A stretch of 64,000 nt of DNA from Thermodesulfobacteriota bacterium (GCA_963675595.2 CAXXLZ010000002.1:4224001-4288000), one strand, 5' to 3'. Shown: positions 43,911-52,744, counted from the first letter of the stretch. The notes: generated by a model from the sequence alone, not told the origin. Made by a program: numbers and translations.

Positions 43911-45017
43911 ATGACCGATTTTATCTTTGTTGGATTGGATGTTCACCAGAAATCGATAGACGTTGCCTTGGCCGAAGGGTCCCGTGATGGAGAAGTCCGA
44001 TCTTACGGCAAGATCAACGGGGAGCCGTCGGATGTGGATCGATTGTTTCGCCGGCTGGGCTACAAGAAGGATCGGCTTCGGGTGGTCTACGAAGCCGGCC
44101 CATGCGGCTACGTTCTTTGCCGGCACCTGCATGCCCGGGGAATCCATTGCACGGTCGTGGCGCCCTCGCTGACGCCCCGACGAGCCGGCGATCGGATCAA
44201 GACGGATCGACGGGATGCGGTCACCCTGGCTCGTCTTCATCGGGCTGGAGAACTCACGGGGGTGTATGTTCCCCGTGTGGAGGACGAGGCGATACGGGAT
44301 TTGACCAGGGCCCGGGAGGATGCCAAGAGCTCGGAGCGAAAGGCCAAACAGCGGCTCAACGCCTTTTTGCTGCGCCACGGTCGGAAGTACGGCGGGCCGC
44401 GGAAGTGGAGCCGGGCCCACCGGAGGTGGCTTTCGGACCAGTCGTTTGAACACCCGGCCCAGCAGATCGTTTTTCAGGAGTATATCGACACCATTGAAGA
44501 GTGCGAGCGCCGGGTGGCGCGATTGGTGGAGCAGATTGGCGAGCAGGTGGAGCACTGGCCTATGAAACCGGTCGTGGAGGCCTTCCAATCGATGCGAGGC
44601 GTGTCGTTGATCGTGGCCGCCACTGTGGTGGCCGAAGTGGGCGACATGACGCGATTTGATGAGCCCGGGCAGTTGACGGCGTATCTGGGTTTGGTCCCCT
44701 CGGAGAGTTCCAGCGGAGGACGGCGCAAACAAGGAGGCATTACCAAGTCCGGCAACGGACATGCGCGCCGGGTATTGATCCAGGGGGCCTGGACCTATCG
44801 CTATCCGCCCCGAGTGGGCCGCAGGCTGAGGGATCGGCGGGAGGAGGCGCCGTCCGAGGTCTGCAAGATCGGCTGGAAGGCCCAGCTGCGTCTGTGCGGC
44901 CGGTACCACCGGCTGATGGCCCGGGGTAAGCCGTCGCAAGTGGCCGTCACGGCCATTGCAAGGGAGATGGCCGCCTTTCTGTGGGCGATCGCCAGAGAGG
45001 TTCCCGTTGCCGCTTAG
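43911..45017 (+). CDS. IS110-family DEDD recombinase/transposase
   Basis: VGLDVHQ, VYEAGPCG, KTDRRDA, GLVPSESSSG, ITKSGN; AAGGAGG RBS. Confidence 0.95.
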   Translation: MTDFIFVGLDVHQKSIDVALAEGSRDGEVRSYGKINGEPSDVDRLFRRLGYKKDRLRVVYEAGPCGYVLCRHLHARGIHCTVVAPSLTPRRAGDRIKTDRRDAVTLARLHRAGELTGVYVPRVEDEAIRDLTRAREDAKSSERKAKQRLNAFLLRHGRKYGGPRKWSRAHRRWLSDQSFEHPAQQIVFQEYIDTIEECERRVARLVEQIGEQVEHWPMKPVVEAFQSMRGVSLIVAATVVAEVGDMTRFDEPGQLTAYLGLVPSESSSGGRRKQGGITKSGNGHARRVLIQGAWTYRYPPRVGRRLRDRREEAPSEVCKIGWKAQLRLCGRYHRLMARGKPSQVAVTAIAREMAAFLWAIAREVPVAA

Positions 45018-45336
45018 CCTCACATCAACACCATATCGTTCGATTTGGAAGGAGGACGGCACTGTAAAAGGGAAAAACACCGGCTTCAACCTGTGAGCAG
45101 GGGCGCAACCGCGGTAAGGAGAATCCTCGTGACCTGATAGGAGATCTGGCATCTGCCGAACCCTCGTCTCTAGAAAGAGGCAGCTCCGCGACGAACCAAG
45201 TCCGGCGGTAACCAACCCGCGAATATCAGCATGATCCACCGTCGCTATGCAGGTTCCGCCTCTGTCCGCAGGTTGAAGTTCCATAAATGGTAGCCATACC
45301 CCAACGTTACAAGGGGCGGAAGAATTCTGCGCCCTA
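45018..45336 (+). ncRNA. Candidate bridge/seek RNA region
   Basis: Position expected for IS1111-type elements; contains short matches to the target site and to the circle junction (see findings). Confidence 0.5.
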
Positions 45337-47215
45337 TTGACGTGTGCAGCCATATCATCAGCCTGAAGATTTGCCTCTCTCCAGGGCCGTCCTAAGGGGC
45401 GAGGTCTCAAGGGATGTCACTGTGATTATCAGGCATGAATCCGGCGAGGAGCGTTGGGTTTCGGCGAACGCAGCCCCGATAGCCGATTCCGACGGGAGTA
45501 TTCGGGCCGGTATCGTGATCTTTCACGACATCACGGATCGTGTTCAGGCTGAAGCCGCTCTCAGGGAAAGTGAAGAGAGGTTTCGGACCCTCGTGGAAGA
45601 ATCTCCCCTAGCAATATCTTTAATAGCCAATGACGGCTGTTACAAATACGTAAACCCTCAGTTTCGGGAGACGTTCGGTTATACGATCGACGATGTCCCC
45701 ACCGGACGGGAATGGTTCAGGAAAGCCTTCCCTGACGAGACCTATCGGCGCCAAGTGGTCAAGACATGGGTCCAAGACCTGAAGCAAACCGGTATGGGAC
45801 AATCTAGACCACGTACCTACATTGTCACGTGTAAAGACGGATCCCGGAGAGAAATTTATTTCAGGCCGGTCACCATGCAGAACCTTGACCAGTTCGTGAT
45901 ATACGAGGACATCACCGAACGCAAGCGGGCCGAAGAGGAAAGGTTACGGCTTGAAGCCCAACTCCGTCAGGCGCAGAAAATGGAGGCACTCGGTACGCTG
46001 GCCGGGGGTATCGCGCATGACTTCAATAACATACTGGCGGCCATGATAGGCTACACCGAACTTGCGGTTGAAGGTCTTTCCAAAGGCTTGCCCGCAAGAG
46101 AACAACTGGCGCAAGTCTTGAAATCGGGAGATCGAGCCAAGGAATTGGTTCGCCAAATCCTGAGTTTCAGCAGAGCGACCGATCAGGAAAGGCGGCCCGC
46201 CGAAGTCCTTCCTATTGTGGAAGAAGCGCTGAAGCTGCTAAGAGCATCCATTCCCACCACCATTGATATAGAGCAGGAGGCGGAAGGGGTTTTAGGGACC
46301 GTGCTGGCGGACCCGACACAAATCCACCAACTGGTCATGAACCTGTGCACCAATGCCGCCCAAGCCATGCGAGATCGGGGGGGAGTCATGAGAGTGCGGC
46401 TTGAGAGGATCGAACTGGATGAGGATGCGGCGCGCAAATATGTCGAGTTAAGCCCGGGAGCGTATTTAAAGCTGAGCGTTACCGACACTGGAGAGGGTAT
46501 CGAGGAAAGCATACTGGATCGCATATTCGAGCCGTTTTTCACGACCAAAGAAACCGGACAAGGCACGGGTATGGGCCTTGCAGTAGTTCATGGGATCGTG
46601 AAAGCTCACTGCGGAAGCATAGAGGTGCAAAACAGGGCCGGTCGCGGCTGTACATTCTACGTTTACCTGCCGCTTTTTGAAAGCGAGGCGGAAAAGAGTG
46701 ATCCGCCGGAAACGATTCGTATCATAGCCGGCACTGGACATATCCTTTTCGTAGACGATGAAGAGTCCATAGCAGACTTGGGGAGGCAGATGTTGGAGCG
46801 ATTGGGCTACAAGGTCACCGCTTGCACCTCAAGTCGCCAGGCATTGGAAACGTTCAAAATCGACCCCACCCAGTTTGATATCGTGATCTCTGACCAGACC
46901 ATGCCACAAATGACCGGTTTGAGACTAGCCGGGGAGTTGATGAGCATAAAGCCGAATATACCTATTATCATCTGTACGGGTTACAGCACGGATATATCAC
47001 CCGAAAAAGCACAGGAATTCGGCGTTAGGCACGTCATAATGAAGCCCTATGCGTTCTGCGAGGTCGCCGCTTTGATCAGGAAAGTGATCGATGATAAGTC
47101 AGCAGGTTTTCCTTGAGCACGCGGATGAGGGACTAGGCTACATCCTCCCTTGCCCTCCGACTCTCGGACGAAAGAATAAGAACTCTCGTTTCCAGGAAAC
47201 CGATCACCTTAACCG

Positions 47216-47638
47216 TCAGAAGAAACCAAACAGCCCCCGGTCCTTCTTCTCCTGCATCGCGCCTCTGCGCTCTCTGGCCGACGCCGCGATGCCGGATAGC
47301 TGTTCCAATGACTTCCCGAACCTGCTCGAAAAGACCCAGCCTTCCCGGTAACCGTACCGCTTGTTGAAGCGGGAAACGTGGTCGATGAGCCCCATTCGCC
47401 GCATCTTGCTTCGGACGGTTTCGAGGATTCTCGGTGAGAAATCGTATTTGCCGCACAAAGGCTGAAGAGTGTTCAAGAATTCATGTTCAGCGTACTTGAG
47501 TTCGATGAAGATTGCGAGAAAAACTCGCTGATGGTTCTTGTTGGCTGGGAATAGGATAGCCGCGAGTTCATCCAGGTCCCGAGTCCTCGCGATCTTGTTA
47601 TGGCTGAGTTCGATTTTTGTGTTGACGATTGCGATCAC
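47216..47638 (-). CDS. Hypothetical protein, probable winged helix
   Basis: ETVRSKMRRMGLIDHVSRF...GWVFS pattern; overlaps the stop codon of the upstream gene. Start uncertain. Confidence 0.7.
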   Translation of the reverse strand: MIAIVNTKIELSHNKIARTRDLDELAAILFPANKNHQRVFLAIFIELKYAEHEFLNTLQPLCGKYDFSPRILETVRSKMRRMGLIDHVSRFNKRYGYREGWVFSSRFGKSLEQLSGIAASARERRGAMQEKKDRGLFGFF

Positions 47639-48006
47639 CTCGACCGGGCCAGGTGCTGGAGAACGACCGGCTTACCGTAACCATTCTCTTTCAGGGCTTT
47701 CTTCCTCAGTTCGACTCGTTGTTTTGCGATCTCAAGAGCCATCGTCCTGAGTTCTGTCCCCAATAGGCTCTCCACCCAATAGATGGTGGTGTATGCAGAA
47801 ACGTAGATATCTCCCAGAAGCCGTTGGAACCGCCACCTGATTCCCTGGCGGGAGAGTCCGAAGATCCGCTCAATCTTGTCGCCGTAATTTCTGCGCAAAA
47901 CGAACCGCTTCAGGCCGTCTTCCTTCAGCTCAATCTTGAGATCACTATCTTCGATCAACATCTTGAGCTTTTCAATAAATTCCTTGTCCTTTTCAGTCAG
48001 TTTCAT
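47635..48006 (-). CDS. Hypothetical protein, possible HTH
   Basis: KIERIFGLSRQGIRWRFQRL; overlaps both neighbouring genes. Confidence 0.7.
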   Translation of the reverse strand: MKLTEKDKEFIEKLKMLIEDSDLKIELKEDGLKRFVLRRNYGDKIERIFGLSRQGIRWRFQRLLGDIYVSAYTTIYWVESLLGTELRTMALEIAKQRVELRKKALKENGYGKPVVLQHLARSR

Positions 48007-48808
48007 AATAGGGCGGCTCGATTTCGATATCCGAGCCGTATTGTGTCACCTGCACTTCGCAATCCTGAAGCAGGAAAATCAGAGCCACAAATCGCATCGC
48101 CCGATCTCTCCGGGCATTATCGATCAGGGGGTCAATCCTGGAAAACATGATTTGTCGATACCTATGAACCGAATCCAGGATATGGCGTCTGTACCGGGAC
48201 AGCCCAGGAAGATTCCCAGTCAGGGAGAACTCCTCGCCCCAAACTCCCGCGTCAAAACCCATGAAACCCGACAATGCTTCAGTAAACCCGGGCAAACGAT
48301 CAAGCCGTGGTTCCTCCAGTAACGCCAACCCGCCCGACCGCCCTTCTCGACGGGCGAGCCTCATCATCTCTCTTCGCCTTCTTGCCTTGGCTCTCGATTC
48401 AGCCATTCGTTGCCGGAAATAAACCTTGTCGAAGACCCGTTCATCGAACAAGAACCGGGACGGCACGGTCTTCCCACAAGAAGCGCACGCATAATGAAGA
48501 CTCCGCCTGACCAGCTTCGCTCCGCAACAGCCGCTCCTTTGAAACACCACTGTGGGGTCCAGTTCATGGTCGCTCACACAGGCCGCCGAACCGGGTTCAA
48601 GCATCCGCAGGTTTTCGCCGCAAACAGGACACGGATGATTCGCCAGCATAACGTCATAGTAGTAGTCTCGGGCCGACGCCTTGTATTGAGCAACGCCGAA
48701 AACAAACTCCCCGATAATCCGGCCGAGGGCTTCCTCCGGCTCTTCCATGTCCAAAATTATCGCTGGGCGTTCGCTGTAGTGATCCGGCTCCAGGGTTTCG
48801 CATTCCAT
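47993..48808 (-). CDS. Zn-ribbon protein with ScpA/kleisin-like C-terminal winged helix
   Basis: CPVC, CVSDH, SGCCG, CASC; C-terminus RRDRAMRFVALIFLLQDCEVQVTQYGSDIEI. Confidence 0.65.
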   Translation of the reverse strand: MECETLEPDHYSERPAIILDMEEPEEALGRIIGEFVFGVAQYKASARDYYYDVMLANHPCPVCGENLRMLEPGSAACVSDHELDPTVVFQRSGCCGAKLVRRSLHYACASCGKTVPSRFLFDERVFDKVYFRQRMAESRAKARRRREMMRLARREGRSGGLALLEEPRLDRLPGFTEALSGFMGFDAGVWGEEFSLTGNLPGLSRYRRHILDSVHRYRQIMFSRIDPLIDNARRDRAMRFVALIFLLQDCEVQVTQYGSDIEIEPPYYETD

Positions 48809-48830
48809 CTATCGCGGAAAGCAAAGCATT

Positions 48831-48880
48831 GATATAAACCTTTCGCTCCCACGCCGCAGAATTCGGAAAAGTTTATATAC
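48831..48880. promoter_or_regulatory. Back-to-back archaeal-type BRE+TATA-like motifs
   Basis: Minus 48845-48831 CGAAAGG-TTTATATC with ATG 22 nt downstream; plus 48864-48880 CGGAAAAG-TTTATATAC. Confidence 0.55.
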
Positions 48881-48913
48881 ACCAGGGCCTTACCGAGTCC
48901 CGAGGTGATACCG

Positions 48914-49060
48914 ATGCCAAGACCCTATAAGTGCCCATATTGCGGCGCAACCCAAAGCCACTGGAAAGGATACAGGCCCCTTGCCCAGGGAAAAGTCAGA
49001 CTCCGGATGTGCACCAAGTGCCACCGGAAGTTCACGACTCGGGTTAAGATCGCCGAATAA
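48914..49060 (+). CDS. 48-aa zinc-ribbon protein (below the ORF-track cutoff)
   Basis: MPRPYKCPYCGATQSHWKGYRPLAQGKVRLRMCTKCHRKFTTRVKIAE; GAGGTGAT RBS at 48902-48909. Confidence 0.75.
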   Translation: MPRPYKCPYCGATQSHWKGYRPLAQGKVRLRMCTKCHRKFTTRVKIAE

Positions 49061-49075
49061 CCACCCGACGGACCT

Positions 49076-50350
49076 TCAATGAAGACCGCCGAACGACCCG
49101 GCACCAAATCCTTCTCTTGACAAGAACCGGCTGAGGGTTTCCTTGGGAAGCGATCTCGATATTTCTCTTGTCTGGCCGTACCTGCCGCGTGATATCAGCC
49201 TGGCGTTGATCAGTCCGTAGAGGTCAAGGGAACCGATAATGTCCGAGAACCTTCGTTGCGTCAGCGGCCTGACCCGTTCCAACTCGCAGAAATTGGCGTA
49301 TCGATCATAGGCCTCGCCTGTAGTGACCCGTTTCGAAGTCTTGGCCAACAGATCGTAGCAGGAAAGAAGCGCAAGTTTCTGCTGCGGCGCGAGAGCCCGA
49401 ACCATTTCTTCGGTCTTGTCCATCTCCAATCTGTGCTCAGCCAGATCCACGATTTCTTCGGACAGCCTGCCGCCGGTTTCCTGTGCCACTTTGGCCGACT
49501 TTGATAGAAGTTCCACCGCCTTCCTCGCATCACCGGTTTCCCGCGACGCCAGGGCCGCGATCTTTCGAACAGCAGCTTCGTCCACCTTTGACTTGTCCAA
49601 CGCCTTTTCCACCCGAAGATTCAGAATTTCGATCAAATCCAAGGCGTTATAGGGTTCAAAGAGCATGTCCGTCTTCTTGAGAACGCTCAGAATACGCGGA
49701 TCCAGCATCTTGTCCCAGTTCAGTTTGTTCGTGACCATAATGAGAACCAACCGGCAGGGAATCTTTCTCGGAAGGGTCTTTCCGAGGAAGGTAATAAACT
49801 CGTCCGCATTGGGCTTGATGTTATCCGCCTCATCAATCAGGAGGCACAAGAAACCCTGAAATCGGTTCAGCTCTTCGATGATGCGTTCCTGCATCTGATC
49901 AATGGGAATGCCTTTCCTGTAAGTACGAATCGATTCATTGAGTGCTCTTGCAAGTTCATTCAACGCTCCGAAAGAGGACCTGGGCGAGGTCAAGTCCACG
50001 TATCTGTACTGAAACCCGACGGACTGCGTTCGGCAATATTCCTGGAACGTCGAAAGGACGTGAATGAGGGAAACCGTTTTCCCTGAACCCGTAGGCCCGA
50101 AGATCAGCAGAGAACTCGGATGATCGCCGTCCAGGATCGGAGTCAGATGACAGACGATGCGCTTAAGCTGCTCCTCCCTGATATTCCGATCAAAAATCTC
50201 CTTCAGAACCGAAGTTCGCTCTTCCTCTGGCAACTTCTCGTCGTCCAGATAGTTGGGGTTCAAAATAAGGCGATGATTCTTCTGTGAGTCATGCAATGTG
50301 CGGATGAATTGCAAGGAAGCTTCGGAATGATCTCCACCGGACATTTTCAA
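49076..50350 (-). CDS. cdc6: Orc1/Cdc6-family replication initiator (AAA+ plus winged helix)
   Basis: Walker A GPTGSGKT, Walker B LLIDEAD, LDPRILS, FEPYNA, GDARKAVELL; C-terminal TTGEAYDRY...LTQRRFSDIIGSLDLYGLINARLISRGRYGQTREI. Confidence 0.9.
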   Translation of the reverse strand: MKMSGGDHSEASLQFIRTLHDSQKNHRLILNPNYLDDEKLPEEERTSVLKEIFDRNIREEQLKRIVCHLTPILDGDHPSSLLIFGPTGSGKTVSLIHVLSTFQEYCRTQSVGFQYRYVDLTSPRSSFGALNELARALNESIRTYRKGIPIDQMQERIIEELNRFQGFLCLLIDEADNIKPNADEFITFLGKTLPRKIPCRLVLIMVTNKLNWDKMLDPRILSVLKKTDMLFEPYNALDLIEILNLRVEKALDKSKVDEAAVRKIAALASRETGDARKAVELLSKSAKVAQETGGRLSEEIVDLAEHRLEMDKTEEMVRALAPQQKLALLSCYDLLAKTSKRVTTGEAYDRYANFCELERVRPLTQRRFSDIIGSLDLYGLINARLISRGRYGQTREISRSLPKETLSRFLSREGFGAGSFGGLH

Positions 50351-50370
50351 GCGATTCTTCTACAGGACAT

Positions 50371-50387
50371 CTATAAATAGTTTTCGG
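50371..50387 (-). promoter_or_regulatory. Archaeal-type BRE+TATA-like motif CCGAAAACTATTTATAG upstream of cdc6
   Basis: 16-mer identical to 9612-9627; 21-27 nt before the candidate starts. Confidence 0.55.
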
Positions 50388-50427
50388 TTAAATGCATTGT
50401 CGTCACCTGACAGTGAACCGGATGTTA

Positions 50428-50650
50428 AGTGTGGGAAAGTTTCTCGTGGAACTTTCAGTTTCAGTTTTTAGTGATGTTTTCTTTTCCTTATTATTATTTA
50501 TTTCTATATAGAAACTATATAATATAATATAAAAGCCGCGAAAATATAGAAAAGTTTTTAAATGAAAACACTTCAGAATAGTAACAAGAAACAAAAATAA
50601 CACACCCAACAAAAGGTTTTCAAGTTTTCCACGCGACATTTACACACACT
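50428..50650. other. Putative replication origin: AT-rich core flanked by inverted ORB-like boxes
   Basis: 24-bp imperfect inverted repeat (19/24 identical) at 50428-50451 and 50627-50650 around a very AT-rich 175-bp core, directly upstream of cdc6. Confidence 0.65.
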
Positions 50651-50861
50651 CTAAAAGCTGATTTTGAATCACTATTGAGTGACAACGTGGAGGCCATGAC
50701 GTCCCTCAAAGACCTCGATCACCGACGGTATTTCAAGAAAACCCGAAACAATCGGCCATTCGACAGTACAAGAGCCACGTTTCCACCGGAAATTTACTCG
50801 GGTTCCTGAAGCCATTCGGCGTCAATCCCTCCATTCCTCTGAGGAAATTTCCCATACCAAC

Positions 50862-51365
50862 CTACATCTCGTCCCAGCCGATATACTGAGCCGGACTTTC
50901 CCCCACCCTTTCGACGATCTTGGGATATTTTTCTCCCGGAGCCGCTTTTCCGATCTCGATCACCCGGATTTCGTGCCACCAATCATCTCCGAAATCGAAC
51001 CAATAGAAGAAGTGATCGCCCTCTTTCAGGTTCAGAGAGCCGATCTTGGTTCTTGAAACGTCTCCTGCAGGCGGAGGAGTTCCCATCAGGTCTCCCTCCA
51101 TTTCGATGGGCAGCACATACCTCGCCGCCTCGGGATCCTGCGGTATTTTGGAGAGCTGAAACTCGTAGAGGTGCTCGTCTTCACGATCAAAGGCTCTGAA
51201 GATCGCCCGGTGAAGCTGCCCCAGGGTATGCTTGCCTCGAACTTGAATGACACGGAATACCGCCGGGTTCTTTGCGATGAAGGTCTTGCTCATGGGTCCG
51301 TTTGCAATGGAGACCTTTAAAGCGTACAGATTTTCCGCCCGCTTTCCTCCGGAACTCGTCGCCAT
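50862..51365 (-). CDS. Plasmid pRiA4b ORF-3 family protein
   Basis: TLGQLHRAIFRAFD...HLYEF...FYWFDFGDDWWHEI...YPKIVERVGESPAQY. Confidence 0.85.
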   Translation of the reverse strand: MATSSGGKRAENLYALKVSIANGPMSKTFIAKNPAVFRVIQVRGKHTLGQLHRAIFRAFDREDEHLYEFQLSKIPQDPEAARYVLPIEMEGDLMGTPPPAGDVSRTKIGSLNLKEGDHFFYWFDFGDDWWHEIRVIEIGKAAPGEKYPKIVERVGESPAQYIGWDEM

Positions 51366-51465
51366 TCACTTCCTCCTTGGTGATCCGAACATCAAAAAAC
51401 TTATAAAGGAATGAACTTACCGGTATCCAACGGAATCGGCAAGAACCGATTCGGAGGTGCACACC

Positions 51466-51909
51466 ATGGCAATGGAAACAAATTCGGCCACATCCGGCAC
51501 ACCATCAAGCGGCTGTCCCACTTGGGACGGAATGGGCATATCCGGCGATCTGCCGCCCTTTTTCAAGCCCACCGAAGACATGAAACGAAACGGCTTCGAA
51601 GTGATCTTTCTGTCCGACGGTCCCAGGAGAGAGACCGAGAACAACTTCGACAAGAACTCGAAAGACCTCTGGTTCGATATCTCCTACCAGGACAAGGAAA
51701 TGACCTGGACCATCAGCCAGATCAGCCTGCTTTCCGAACTGAAGAAGCATTCACCGCTGAAGGAGAAGATCCTCAGGATACGCCTTGTTCCGGTGACCGA
51801 AGAATTCAGGAAAAAGCGGCCGAAGTACAGAGGCAGTGAGCGATACCAGGTTGAAGAAATCCGAGAAAACCGATTCGACAAGATCGACGTGGAAGAACTG
51901 ACGGTATAG
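51466..51909 (+). CDS. Hypothetical protein, possibly an OB-fold ssDNA-binding protein
   Basis: GGAGGTG RBS; beta-rich aromatic core (LWFDISY, MTWTISQ) and acidic tail; upstream CAAAAAA-CTTATAAAG. The ORF is well supported; the fold is speculative. Confidence 0.65.
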   Translation: MAMETNSATSGTPSSGCPTWDGMGISGDLPPFFKPTEDMKRNGFEVIFLSDGPRRETENNFDKNSKDLWFDISYQDKEMTWTISQISLLSELKKHSPLKEKILRIRLVPVTEEFRKKRPKYRGSERYQVEEIRENRFDKIDVEELTV

Positions 51910-52048
51910 ATATTCTTTCTTCTTTTTGTTTCAGCCGATCGGAGATAAGACGTGCGAAACAGACTCAAGTAATGGACGGAAGGAAAGACGGTCTGAACCG
52001 CCGACAGAACGAAAGCAGGCTGTAATCTCAGGGGACTTTATCTGAAGC

Positions 52049-52744
52049 TCAGCCCAAGGTCGTGAGACCATGGAGGATCGCGTATTTGGTCAACTGGGAC
52101 ATTCGCCTGGTTTTCAGCTTCTTCACAATATTCCTGCGGTGATTTTCCACCGTATTCACGCTGACACAGAGTATGGCCGCCATCTCCGCACTGGTCTTCC
52201 CCTCGGTCATACCCTGGAGAACTTCCTTTTCTCTCGAGGTCAACGAAGGAAGCGACCGGTGTCCGTTTCCATTGCCTAGCGCAAGCGCTTGAAACGCCTC
52301 AGTCATCGTTTCAGCGGATTTGCGGCAAAGATACATCCGGCCTTCGAGCACCGAACGAACAGCCGCGACCAGCTCATGCAATCCGCTTTGACTGAGCACA
52401 TACCCCATGGCCCCAGCGACGAGCATTTTGAACATGGGGTCCCATTCCGAATCCGGCGCGACTCCGACCACCCGGGTTTTTCGAAACCGATGCGTGATTT
52501 GGCGCGCGGTCTCGATACCGTTCAAACCCTTCATGGAAGTGTTCACGATCACCACGTCCGAGGGCGTATTGGACAGCAGTTTAAGTGCTTCATGACCTTC
52601 CAAAGCTTCACCCGAAACCTCGAAATCAGGAACAGAGCCCATCGCGTGCCGCAATCCTTCGAGAACCATCCTGTGGTTGTCCACCAGGAATATCCGCTTT
52701 TTCTCGAGTTCTTCCCTTGCTCCGCCTTGCCCCGGTTGCTCCAT
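52049..52744 (-). CDS. NarL/LuxR-family response regulator with atypical receiver
   Basis: LuxR HTH LTSREKEVLQ...VSVNTVENHRRNIVKKL; receiver has VDNH, IVNTSM, YVLSQ. Confidence 0.88.
   Translation of the reverse strand: MEQPGQGGAREELEKKRIFLVDNHRMVLEGLRHAMGSVPDFEVSGEALEGHEALKLLSNTPSDVVIVNTSMKGLNGIETARQITHRFRKTRVVGVAPDSEWDPMFKMLVAGAMGYVLSQSGLHELVAAVRSVLEGRMYLCRKSAETMTEAFQALALGNGNGHRSLPSLTSREKEVLQGMTEGKTSAEMAAILCVSVNTVENHRRNIVKKLKTRRMSQLTKYAILHGLTTLG

Larger units (their letters stand above)
43806..45357 (+). mobile_element. IS110-family element with IS1111-like layout (ends ambiguous by 1 nt)
   Basis: Subterminal inverted repeats ATGGCTGCAC (43812-43821) / GTGCAGCCAT (45344-45353); no target duplication; about 340-nt non-coding region 3' of the transposase. 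Confidence 0.88.
42022..47116 (+). pseudogene. Multi-PAS hybrid histidine kinase interrupted by an IS110-family element (1180 aa when reconstituted)
   Basis: Joining 43805 to 45358 restores ...FYPDGTP-Y-QPEDLPLSRA... in frame; AGGIAHDFNN and the receiver lie downstream. Confidence 0.9.

Noticed and set aside
43803-45410. 535-aa minus-strand ORF
   Set aside because: Antisense shadow of the IS110 transposase.
50403-50639. 78-aa hydrophobic ORF
   Set aside because: Product of the AT-rich origin-like sequence; no RBS.
47216-51909. Archaeal contig misjoined to a bacterial one
   Set aside because: Disfavoured but not excluded: archaeal-like signals occur on both sides of the cargo and interleave with bacterial-type genes; read-level confirmation is still needed.
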